Below, in pieces: positions 53,872 through 62,506 of a stretch of DNA of 64,000 bases. Location of the stretch: NCBI GenBank assembly GCA_964528305.1, contig CAZGSD010000001.1:133749-197748 (forward strand), written 5' to 3'. Made by a program: the position numbers and the translations under genes. The notes under the pieces are model-generated. The model did no database searches, was not told the origin of the DNA, and saw only the letters and a list, made by a program, of their open reading frames with translations. The stretch's first letter is position 1. The number at the start of each line of letters is the position of its first letter. This DNA comes from an uncultured Candidatus Peribacteria bacterium. GTDB taxonomy: Bacteria > Patescibacteriota > Gracilibacteria > UBA1369.

Positions 53872-55131
53872 ATGAGAAAAAGAACTGTAAAAAATACAGC
53901 AAAAAACATCTTTAAAATAATGGAAAAGGAAAATTGTAGGCAAATAACTTTCCATTATAATGCAAAAACAGGACTAAAATTAATCTGGGTTGTTGATTCT
54001 ATACCTGAAAAAAGAGACAAAGACGGAAAACTGACGCAAGAAGTTTCTGCATCTGGTGGAACGAGATTTGCACATAAAGATGCCGATATCGCTTTACAAG
54101 ATGCTTTGAAATTAGCAAGGGCTATGACTAGAAAAGCCAGTGTCCTCGGAATAGAAGAGGGAGGATGTAAAGCAGTTGCTTTAGCAACTACCAAAAAGAG
54201 TATGAAGTTTTTGCGTTCCATAGGGGATTTTATTCAAATTCATAAAGGATTATTCAAAACGGCAATTGATTTGGGATTTGTTATGAATGATGGTGAAAAA
54301 ATTGCCTCAAAATCAGAGTATGTTGACTCGTTATCTCACTTGGAAAAAGTATTGGAAAGTCTGGGCTTAACTGAGAAGGAAGTAGTTATTTACCTGGCCC
54401 TGCTCCCGCTGGGCAACGCTCCAGCTTCGGCTTTGGGTAATAGAACCGGCGTGAATCGTTCGACTGCGCAGTATATTTGCCAGCAATTAACTAAAAAGGG
54501 CATTATTCGCTCGCTGCAAAAGAATAACACCTTTATCTACAGCCCAGAGTCGCCGGAGAAATTGCTGTATTTGATTGATCAGGAGAAAAAGCAGTTGGAG
54601 GAGAAGACTGAGCAGACCAATAGAATTATTGGTCAATTGAAAGGCATGATCAATCCGCAGGCGGTTTTGCCCAAGGTGAAGTTTTTTGAAGGGGTGGAGG
54701 GGTTGATAGAGATGTTTGAAGATGCTTTAGCAGAGAAAAAGACTCTTTACGGGGCTGCTAAATTGGATAACTCAGTGGACGAGAGAATTTTTCAATATGT
54801 AACCGATAGATATGTACCGGAAAGAATTAAGCTGAAATTTCAGGCTTTTATGCTTTTCAATGATGATGAAATGAGCAAACAATATCAGCAGAATGATACT
54901 GCTATGAATCGTATCTCTATGCTAATGCCGCTGGAAGAATTTCCATTTGAGTCTAGTTGCCATATTTATGGGGACAAAGTGGCTTATTACTCCTGGCATA
55001 AAAATGATTTGTCCGGAGTGATTATTCAAAACACCCATATACATAACACCGCTTTATCAATATTCAAGGCGGCTTGGCGATACGCTAAAAGCGTGCCCGC
55101 CAATAAGAAACATCGGGCGGTGGAGATTTAG
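53872..55131 (+). CDS. Chimeric ORF: truncated Glu/Leu/Phe/Val-dehydrogenase N-terminal (substrate) domain followed by a TrmB-like HTH regulator
   Basis: The N-terminal half, ...SGGTRFAHKDADIALQDALKLARAMTRKASVLGIEEGGCKAV...FLRSIGDFIQIHKGLFKTAIDLG, parallels the LeuDH/GDH domain I, and no GxGxxG Rossmann motif follows. The C-terminal half, LESLGLTEKEVVIYLALLPLGNAPASALGNRTGVNRSTAQYICQQLTKKGII, is a TrmB-type wHTH. I prefer the ATG at 53872 over the track's GTG at 53857. Confidence 0.55.
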   Translation: MRKRTVKNTAKNIFKIMEKENCRQITFHYNAKTGLKLIWVVDSIPEKRDKDGKLTQEVSASGGTRFAHKDADIALQDALKLARAMTRKASVLGIEEGGCKAVALATTKKSMKFLRSIGDFIQIHKGLFKTAIDLGFVMNDGEKIASKSEYVDSLSHLEKVLESLGLTEKEVVIYLALLPLGNAPASALGNRTGVNRSTAQYICQQLTKKGIIRSLQKNNTFIYSPESPEKLLYLIDQEKKQLEEKTEQTNRIIGQLKGMINPQAVLPKVKFFEGVEGLIEMFEDALAEKKTLYGAAKLDNSVDERIFQYVTDRYVPERIKLKFQAFMLFNDDEMSKQYQQNDTAMNRISMLMPLEEFPFESSCHIYGDKVAYYSWHKNDLSGVIIQNTHIHNTALSIFKAAWRYAKSVPANKKHRAVEI

Positions 55132-57503
55132 GTGGCAGATTGGGAGGGTTTTTCAAAAACCAAGTAGAGGTAGGATTGGCCTCGATGTTTAGGAGAAGGG
55201 GTGGAAAAAAATCTAGTGAGGTGATAGCCCTTGGTGAAATACTCTTGAGAGAGCTCCACCAAAGCCTTTTGATCGAGTGGTTGAGCAGGAATTTGTTTTA
55301 TGGTGATGGGGTGCTTGGGAGACGGTTTATCCAATTGCTCTCGTCCTTCGGCAATAGCAACAACCTTTTCCCTACTTAAACTGGCAGTATTTTTACTAAC
55401 AAAACGGGGATCACGGCGAAAATTAAGCTTAAACAGCTCTTTGCTGCGATGATTTTTATCACCTTCAAAAACTATTTCACTGGCGGTAGCGCCAGCGTGT
55501 TCGATATGCCTACTAACAGCGGGGTTGGCCACGGCAGCACTGCCCCAATAGGGCGCGTTAGGGGGCAAATTATTTTCGGCAATTTGCTGGAGATAATCGC
55601 CTAAGCCAAAATCTTTTTGATATTCGCTATTTACATACATGGTACCGATATAATACTCGCCCGGATGAGCAGAATCTGGTTTGGTTTTAACCAGGCCAAT
55701 TAGTTTGTTTTGCTTATCCCGTATAGTAATAAAAGTAACTTGGGGATTGCTTAAATCCCTGGTGATATTATCAATGAGATAAGCCAACCAATCGGGGTCC
55801 AAGTGTGCATAGGACTTACGCAGATTGTCCACAACCATTTGGACATCTTCGACACTAAAGAGTTTAGGCTGTGGATAGTTGCTGGCTTGAAATAATTGAG
55901 AAGGATGATTATTGCGGACTAATTGACCCGCTGGAACGACTTTAACCTGAGCGCCCTGTAAAATTTGATTTAATTCATCTGTTGAACGTACTTGAGGGCG
56001 GGTAAGCGTGGTTTTGCCAACTAACTCAGCTCCCCGGAGAATAACTTCTGTATCAAATTGCTTAGACTTTTGTAAATAATCGGAGAAATTTGTGCCAATA
56101 GGTAAAGCGGCCACTTCCTTGACTAGACTGGCAGCGCGATTAGTTACTGCGGTGTAGAATTTGGTTTGATCTAGAGTATGAGCATTAGCAATGAAATTAG
56201 ATTTTTTATCTACTAGGGCAAAGATCTCCATTAATTGGCTGAAAATTGGCAAAGCAGCTGCACCATGCTTCTCAGCAATACGCAGAACCTCCTCACCATT
56301 ACTGAGCTGCTGTTCACAGGCTTGGAAAGCTATAAAGAAAGTGACACCCAAAGTTTGGAGATAATAATTAATTTTTTGGCGACTTTCTAGGGACTGAGAT
56401 TGATAGAAAACAGCGAAGGTCAGTTGTTGTTTAAGTGGATAGCTTTGGAGTTCGAAACCCGCTTGATCCAATAAGTGACGATAGAGTCTGGTTAAATTAT
56501 CCAGATCCGCATATTTGATCACTTTTCTGGCATATTGTTGAGGCGTTTCATTGGAGCGAGGATTGACAAACTCGGTGACATCAAATGGTTTGAGGCGACT
56601 AGCGGTTTCTGTTGTCGAGACTACTGCCATTTTATGTTTCTGAATAGATTGTTTTTGAACAGGTGTAAGCTCGTCTGGAATGATTGTTCTCAGCAAATAA
56701 TGCTGCTTAACGCCATCCCTCTCCACGCGTAAGGAACAATAGTCCGTGGAAAGAGTAACAAAACGATCTAATTCGGGATTAACAGTCAATGATTCGCCAG
56801 AATCTCCTACAGCAAAACCTGCAGTTGGGAAATAATAGATTAATTGATTAACTAAATGAGTTTTATTTTTTGCCCCAAGCGGTCTAGCTTCATATGACAA
56901 TGGGGCTATGTCACTTCTACGTAAATCAGCAGCCGGATCGCGTAACAGTTGATACAGGTCCGGCGGACGTAAACTCAAAGCATCCTCAATCTCATCAAAA
57001 GTAACCTTGCGATAGGCTTGTAGCGCTCGATCATATAGACATAAATAGCCATTTTCTGCATCTACTCTACTGTCTGCTATAGCTTGGGGGACGATTTCGG
57101 AACGGGATTTTAATAGGAGGCGCTTCGGAGACTTGGAGGCTAAATAATCATTCAACTTTTTAACATATCTACTCAGGACTAAAGGATCAGTATCTGGACT
57201 GAATCTTGGGTTGCGAATTCTTTTAGAATGGGAAGATTTAGTCTGGACCAAAACCTGGTCGGATTTAGGCGACTCTGCTATAGCTCGATGGATTTCTTGG
57301 TGGACTTCTTGGCTAATTTGAACAGAGCGCTGCCCTGATCGTGTAGATGAAAGAGACCCAGGAGGTTCCTTAGAGCTTCTATCAAGGCGGCCATCGTGAA
57401 CAGTTATGACACCAGAGCCAGTTTTTTTCCTATAAATAACTCGCGCAGGAGTATTGGAAAATTCTGAGGGCGAGAGATTGGCTGGATAGTATCGATCAAT
57501 CAT
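55128..57503 (-). CDS. Large hypothetical cytoplasmic protein (791 aa); the C-terminal third is possibly GNAT-like
   Basis: No TM segments. ...KLIGLVKTKPDSAHPGEYYIGTMYVNSEYQKDFGLGDYLQQ... weakly resembles an acetyltransferase core. Confidence 0.5.
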   Translation of the reverse strand: MIDRYYPANLSPSEFSNTPARVIYRKKTGSGVITVHDGRLDRSSKEPPGSLSSTRSGQRSVQISQEVHQEIHRAIAESPKSDQVLVQTKSSHSKRIRNPRFSPDTDPLVLSRYVKKLNDYLASKSPKRLLLKSRSEIVPQAIADSRVDAENGYLCLYDRALQAYRKVTFDEIEDALSLRPPDLYQLLRDPAADLRRSDIAPLSYEARPLGAKNKTHLVNQLIYYFPTAGFAVGDSGESLTVNPELDRFVTLSTDYCSLRVERDGVKQHYLLRTIIPDELTPVQKQSIQKHKMAVVSTTETASRLKPFDVTEFVNPRSNETPQQYARKVIKYADLDNLTRLYRHLLDQAGFELQSYPLKQQLTFAVFYQSQSLESRQKINYYLQTLGVTFFIAFQACEQQLSNGEEVLRIAEKHGAAALPIFSQLMEIFALVDKKSNFIANAHTLDQTKFYTAVTNRAASLVKEVAALPIGTNFSDYLQKSKQFDTEVILRGAELVGKTTLTRPQVRSTDELNQILQGAQVKVVPAGQLVRNNHPSQLFQASNYPQPKLFSVEDVQMVVDNLRKSYAHLDPDWLAYLIDNITRDLSNPQVTFITIRDKQNKLIGLVKTKPDSAHPGEYYIGTMYVNSEYQKDFGLGDYLQQIAENNLPPNAPYWGSAAVANPAVSRHIEHAGATASEIVFEGDKNHRSKELFKLNFRRDPRFVSKNTASLSREKVVAIAEGREQLDKPSPKHPITIKQIPAQPLDQKALVELSQEYFTKGYHLTRFFSTPSPKHRGQSYLYLVFEKPSQSAT

Positions 57504-57576
57504 TATAAATAAGCTTAGATCTGATCATTATACCATAACAAGCATAGTAAATTATAGAAAAAGATTGCGATATACC

Positions 57577-59925
57577 TCACCCCAAGCGCCGCAGGGGGGC
57601 GACCGAGAGGGCTAGTTTTTTGATGCCGTGATGCAGGGAGTCGAATTTGACGGTGACCACGCCCCCCTGCGCCGCTAGTACCCAGCCCGGGCCGAATTTG
57701 TCATGCGTGACGCGATCGCCCTGTTGCAGTGGGAGATCGTCGGTGATGGAGTGGCTGTCGGATGCTGAGGTTGTTGATTGGAGGCCATGAGCTGTGCTGG
57801 TACGATTTGCAGATGTAGGAGTGGCCGCGCCGCTGGAGTGGGCTGGTATGGATGGTAAATCTCCAGAAAAATCTACCGATTCATCTGGCAAAGGTCGTAT
57901 GCCGCGCGGCGCGGCTGAGGCCATGCCACCGAAAAAGCGGCTGGATTCCCAAGAAATGTCCCTGCCCCCCACCGGCTCATCGCGATGTAAAATTTCCTCC
58001 GGTATATCCCGCAAAAATTGGGAAGCGGCATTGCTTTGTGATTCTCCATAGAGCAGCCGATTTTCTGCGTGCAGCAGATATAATTTATGTTTGGCGCGGG
58101 TAATGGCTACATACATCAGACGGCGCTCTTCTTCCAGCTCTTTTCTCTCCAGCAGGGAACGAGAATGTGGAAAAATGCCATCTTCCAGCCCCACTAAAAA
58201 AACAGTGGGGAATTCCAAACCTTTGGCGGCATGAACTGTCATGAGAGTGACGGCATTATCGCTTTCATCCAATTTATCTATGTCGGCGATCAAGGAAATT
58301 TCTTCTAAAAAAATCCCCAGAGATTCTCCGGCGGGCAGACCGTCATATTTGCCAGCCACGGAAATCAATTCATGGACATTTTGCAGACGGGACTCGCCCT
58401 CGGCCGTACCATCATCCAGCATTTTTTTGTATCCTGAAAGATCCAGAGCATGTTTGATCACACCGGAGGCCGGGAACTCCTGATTGATGGCTTGCAAATG
58501 GCTGATGAGATTTACAAATTCTTCCAGGGCTTTGGTTTTGGAATCACGCAGACTTTCGATACTGTCCATTTCTTTTAAGGCCGACCAAAAACTACAATCA
58601 TGCGTACTGGCGTACTGCTGCACGGCTTCGATGGTTTTCTGGCCGATTTTGCGGGCCGGCGTGTTGATGATACGCAGCAGGCTGATGGAGTCGTGTGGAT
58701 TTTGCACTACGCGCAAATAGGCTACCAGGTCGCGTATTTCCTTGCGTTCGTAAAATTTGATGCCGCCGATGATTTTGTAGGGAATGGCATAGCGCAAAAA
58801 AGCTTCTTCCAGCACGCGGGATTGGGCATTGGTGCGATAGAGCACCACGAAATTACGATAGTCGGCTGGCCCATCGTGGGCTTCACGATTTTCCATGGAC
58901 TGTCTGATGGTTTTGACTACAAATTCTCCCTCCTCCCGCTCATTGTGTAGAGTTTTTAGAGTAATTTTGTCCCCGCCCTCGCGCTCGGTCCAGAGTTTTT
59001 TATCACGGCGCTGAGTGTTTTTGACTATGACATGATGAGCCGCGTCCAGGATGATTTGGGTAGAGCGGTAATTCTGCTCCAGGAAGACCACCTTGGCCTC
59101 GGGATAATCTTTTTCGAAATTGAGAATATTTTGAATATTGGCACCGCGAAAAGCGTAAATGGATTGATCCGAATCCCCTATCACGCAGAGATTGCGATGG
59201 CGGGCCGCCAGCAGATTGGTGAGTATATACTGAGCGTGATTGGTGTCCTGATATTCATCGACGGAAATGTACTGAAATAAATCCTGATAATAAGCCAAGA
59301 TGTCTGGAAAATCCTGGAAAAGCTGAACTGTTTTCATAATGATATCATCGAAATCCAGGGCGTTGCTCTGCTGCAGCTGGCGCTGATAGTGACGATAACA
59401 GAGCGCCACTTTTTCAGTGAAATAATTGTTGGCGAAACGATTGTACTCTTCCGGACCGACCAATTCGTTTTTGGCGCCGGAGATGAAATTCAAAACAGCT
59501 TTGGGATTGATTTTTTTGGGGTCGATTAGTTGATCTTCCAGAATTTTTTTGATCAATAATTGCTGATCGGCGGTGTCATAAATGACAAAATTGCGATCAT
59601 AGCCCAGTTGATGAATTTGCCGGCGCAGTATGCGCACGCAGATGGAGTGAAAGGTGCCGATATTGGGCGCGAAAGTAGCGCTGTTTTCACCCAGCAGGCG
59701 TAGGACGCGCTCTTTCATTTCATTGGCGGCTTTGTTGGTGAAAGTGACGGCCAGGATGCGCCCGGGCTCGACGCCCAGATGCTTGATCTGATAGGCGATG
59801 CGGGTGGTGAGTGCGCTGGTTTTGCCAGAACCGGCGCCGGCCAATACCAATAGCGGACCAGTGGCCTGTAAAACCACTTCTTTTTGCATATCATTGAGAT
59901 TTTTCAGCATATCGGAGTCGGGCAT
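57577..59925 (-). CDS. pcrA: UvrD/PcrA-type ATP-dependent DNA helicase
   Basis: GPLLVLAGAGSGKT, VTFTNKAANEM, SVDEYQDTN and VTLMTVHAAKGLEF motifs. The start is probably ATG 59925 or 59910. The track start at 60009 runs into the repeat element. Confidence 0.92.
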   Translation of the reverse strand: MPDSDMLKNLNDMQKEVVLQATGPLLVLAGAGSGKTSALTTRIAYQIKHLGVEPGRILAVTFTNKAANEMKERVLRLLGENSATFAPNIGTFHSICVRILRRQIHQLGYDRNFVIYDTADQQLLIKKILEDQLIDPKKINPKAVLNFISGAKNELVGPEEYNRFANNYFTEKVALCYRHYQRQLQQSNALDFDDIIMKTVQLFQDFPDILAYYQDLFQYISVDEYQDTNHAQYILTNLLAARHRNLCVIGDSDQSIYAFRGANIQNILNFEKDYPEAKVVFLEQNYRSTQIILDAAHHVIVKNTQRRDKKLWTEREGGDKITLKTLHNEREEGEFVVKTIRQSMENREAHDGPADYRNFVVLYRTNAQSRVLEEAFLRYAIPYKIIGGIKFYERKEIRDLVAYLRVVQNPHDSISLLRIINTPARKIGQKTIEAVQQYASTHDCSFWSALKEMDSIESLRDSKTKALEEFVNLISHLQAINQEFPASGVIKHALDLSGYKKMLDDGTAEGESRLQNVHELISVAGKYDGLPAGESLGIFLEEISLIADIDKLDESDNAVTLMTVHAAKGLEFPTVFLVGLEDGIFPHSRSLLERKELEEERRLMYVAITRAKHKLYLLHAENRLLYGESQSNAASQFLRDIPEEILHRDEPVGGRDISWESSRFFGGMASAAPRGIRPLPDESVDFSGDLPSIPAHSSGAATPTSANRTSTAHGLQSTTSASDSHSITDDLPLQQGDRVTHDKFGPGWVLAAQGGVVTVKFDSLHHGIKKLALSVAPLRRLG

Positions 59926-60002
59926 GAGTAAAGAAAAAGAAAGATGCCCGGTTAGTATAGAAGAGCGGGGGTGGAGAAGGAAGTCTTTTTCTACACCGAA
60001 GC

Positions 60003-60147
60003 CGCCCAAACCAGGCTAGTGCTGCTCCCGGGCACGCTCGGCCGCCCCAGCGGCGGCCTCGCTATTGCTGCGGTGGGCTGCCGCTTCGCGGACCAGGCCA
60101 GCCCACCTTCGCAAATGCCCGGGAGCAGCACTAGCCTGGTTTGGGCG
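60003..60147. repeat. Structured repeat element, copy A: 32-bp near-perfect outer stem enclosing an 81-nt conserved core
   Basis: Arms 60004-60034 and 60116-60146 are exact reverse complements, and 60003 pairs with 60147. The core at 60035-60115 contains the hairpins ggccgcc/ggcggcc, ggtgggctg/cagcccacc and ccgc-ttc-gcgg. It lies between the ldt stop and the pcrA start. Confidence 0.9.
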
Positions 60148-60178
60148 CTCGCTTTTTCTAAATAAAGAACCAGCTTCC

Positions 60179-61219
60179 TCACCACACTATATCCAGTGGC
60201 GTGCCGACGTCGGCGAATTGATAGGTGAAATCAGCGTCATCTGGTAGCAATCTGATGCAGCCGTGGCTGCGGGGGCTGCCGATGTGATTCCAGGCTTCGC
60301 GCCAAAAAACGCCGCGGTCATTGGCCAGGCTGGGTAGAGCGTGTATGCCGTAGCCGCCTTTGCGGAATTGCATAAATTTGGGCATGATGTAGTGAGGGTA
60401 GGTGCCGGCCACGCGCACATCCTGTTTGAATTGAATTTTATAGCTGCCGCGTGGAGTCGGAGTGGCGCGCTTGCCGCTGGAGACGGGAAAAGTTTTGATT
60501 ATTGTTTCACCTAATTGCAAATACATTTTCTGCTCGGACAAATCTACTCGGATTTTTTTACCGCCGGCCAGTTTTGGGTCCAGCAGATTGAGACTCATCG
60601 GTAGATCTTTGCTGTAGCGGTAAATGTCACTATTGATATCGGGCTGGCCAACATTGATGTCAAAACTGAATTCGGCACTCTTATCCATCCAGGTGACGCC
60701 CTCTACCACTGGCGCTAGATATTCACGATAGATACCGGGTTCTGCCGGAGCGTGGGCTAGGAATTCAAATTCGGCTATCTCACCTGGTTCGACACGAAGA
60801 CTTTTCATTTTGATGCGACTCCCACCCAGCCACTGAGTCTGACCGAAAACCAGCGGGGCGAAAAAAGCGCTCTCACGGTCGCGACTACGGGCTGTGCCCA
60901 GATAGACGGGTGGCTGGGTGCCACAACCACTCAGGTCACTAAACCATGGGACAGTGCCGGTGTTTTTGACTGTGATATTGCCCTGAAAAAGCTGATTGGG
61001 TTCGACCTGTCCAGGCATGACGATAGACTGCAACTGACCGGAGTAGACAGGCGTGATGCCGCTGTCGACCAGACAGGATAGAGTCATACGATCGACAGTG
61101 TCCAGCACCTGAGCTTTTAAAAGAAAAGCCTGCCTGGACAGTGGCGGACAGATGGTGACAAGAGCTGTCAGGACAAGGGCGGACAGTAGTAATGGAAGAA
61201 AATATTTTTTAGTGCGCAT
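60179..61219 (-). CDS. L,D-transpeptidase (YkuD domain) with an N-terminal signal/anchor
   Basis: C-terminal ...YGIHALPS...IGSPRSHGCIRLLPDDA... is the catalytic His/Cys motif of YkuD. Confidence 0.88.
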   Translation of the reverse strand: MRTKKYFLPLLLSALVLTALVTICPPLSRQAFLLKAQVLDTVDRMTLSCLVDSGITPVYSGQLQSIVMPGQVEPNQLFQGNITVKNTGTVPWFSDLSGCGTQPPVYLGTARSRDRESAFFAPLVFGQTQWLGGSRIKMKSLRVEPGEIAEFEFLAHAPAEPGIYREYLAPVVEGVTWMDKSAEFSFDINVGQPDINSDIYRYSKDLPMSLNLLDPKLAGGKKIRVDLSEQKMYLQLGETIIKTFPVSSGKRATPTPRGSYKIQFKQDVRVAGTYPHYIMPKFMQFRKGGYGIHALPSLANDRGVFWREAWNHIGSPRSHGCIRLLPDDADFTYQFADVGTPLDIVW

Positions 61220-61286
61220 ATTTTTGTTTTTGACAAATCATGTAATTATAACATAATTTGTCTTTTAAACAAAATCCAATCTCCGA

Positions 61287-61417
61287 GAATCAGTACTGCG
61301 GCTGGCAGGCATTTGCGGAGGTGTTTTGGCCAGGTCCGCGAAGCGGCAAAACACCGTAGCAATAGTGAGGCCGCCGCTGGGGCGGCCGAGCGTGCCTGCC
61401 AGTTGCAGTACTGATTC
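61287..61417. repeat. Structured repeat element, copy B (inverted relative to copy A): 25-bp outer stem enclosing the same 81-nt core
   Basis: Arms 61287-61311 and 61393-61417 pair, with 23 Watson-Crick pairs plus two G:T pairs on the + strand. The reverse complement of the core (61312-61392) matches the copy A core at 71/81 positions by hand alignment. Confidence 0.9.
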
Positions 61418-61472
61418 GTCCTTGTATTTACTGAATTTCTGAATTACAGTATTACTGTAGTAATAAATTTTT

Positions 61473-61709
61473 ATGGAAACTGAGCAGATTTTGGAAATAT
61501 CAGAGCGGGGGCAGATTACTATTCCGAAAAAGATTCGGGGGCTTTTGAAAGGGCAATTTATTACCTTGAAAGTTGTGAAGGATCAGGTGATTTTGAGTCC
61601 CTTGCAAACAGTGGATAGATTTTTGGATGAATTGGATGAAAGGCATGATGACTGGAAAAAACATGGTGGGACGAGTTTGGCTGAAATAAAAGATAAATAT
61701 GAGCTCTAA
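61473..61709 (+). CDS. AbrB/MazE/SpoVT-type antitoxin
   Basis: ...LEISERGQITIPKKIRGLL... is a looped-hinge-helix motif. It overlaps the toxin gene by 11 nt. Confidence 0.7.
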   Translation: METEQILEISERGQITIPKKIRGLLKGQFITLKVVKDQVILSPLQTVDRFLDELDERHDDWKKHGGTSLAEIKDKYEL

Positions 61710-61983
61710 ACAGCAATACAAAATACAATTTTCCCGTCCTGCAGAAAAAGATTTTGCTAAATTGGATAAAGCGGTTCAGAGATTTTTGTGGAGGAAATTA
61801 GCGGCAATGGAAAAAAGAGCCGATCCCTTGAAGGGCGCGGCAAAATTAGTGAATCAGAGGGATTTGTGGCGTTGGCGTTTTGGAGATTATCGGGTGATTT
61901 TTGCTGTGGATAGAAAAGGACGAGTGGTGATATTGGTGGTACTGAGAGTGGGGCACAGGAGAGAGGTTTATGCAAAGCAATAA
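61699..61983 (+). CDS. RelE/ParE family toxin
   Basis: ...FSRPAEKDFAKLDK...LWRWRFGDYRVIFAVDRKGRVVILVVLRVGHRREVY is the typical RelE/StbE pattern. Confidence 0.8.
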   Translation: MSSKQQYKIQFSRPAEKDFAKLDKAVQRFLWRKLAAMEKRADPLKGAAKLVNQRDLWRWRFGDYRVIFAVDRKGRVVILVVLRVGHRREVYAKQ

Positions 61984-62010
61984 TCAGAGTAGCCGCGTGT
62001 GCACAAGCGT

Positions 62011-62412
62011 CTATGACTTGCTTGTTGCAGCACTAGGTATAGCTTTTAAAAGACTGGCTTTAATACCGCTACTAGTCTTATCTATATTAGGCATATACTC
62101 CGTCAGATAGGTCATATACTCCTCCAGCCATTGGCGTAACTGGTTTATGCGCTCTGGAGTGAGCACTCTTAGAGATGGGTCTGTTACCTGGCCATTTTCC
62201 ATAGCTGTTAAAAACTCGCCTATCTTATCCACATCGCTGACGCTTAAGGCGTTATCGGCGAGATAGTCAAGCCGATCTTCCAGCTTATTATAGCCATAGG
62301 CTATTAATTCAGAGTAGAGCACAACCAATGGGTGGCGGCCTGGTATAAATTCTGATGTGGTCATGATGTCCAGGCCGTCGTCCAGGCCGTCAGGGGCATT
62401 TGTATTACTCAT
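62011..62412 (-). CDS. Hypothetical acidic protein (133 aa)
   Basis: ORF only. No recognisable motif. Confidence 0.45.
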   Translation of the reverse strand: MSNTNAPDGLDDGLDIMTTSEFIPGRHPLVVLYSELIAYGYNKLEDRLDYLADNALSVSDVDKIGEFLTAMENGQVTDPSLRVLTPERINQLRQWLEEYMTYLTEYMPNIDKTSSGIKASLLKAIPSAATSKS

Positions 62413-62506
62413 CTTTGGAAAAATTATAACGGGCGCATTATAAACACCGCGTTGTCAAAACGCAATATTGTTTTCCCGCTTAGTTCGATATACCTTTCGA
62501 GCAAAG

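Noticed and set aside
59971-60185. Two mirror-image 64-aa ORFs on opposite strands (59971-60165 + and 59991-60185 -) with near-identical peptide strings
   Set aside because: They are a translation artefact of the long inverted repeat of element A. Neither has a start context or any coding signal, and the region is better explained as a structured non-coding element.
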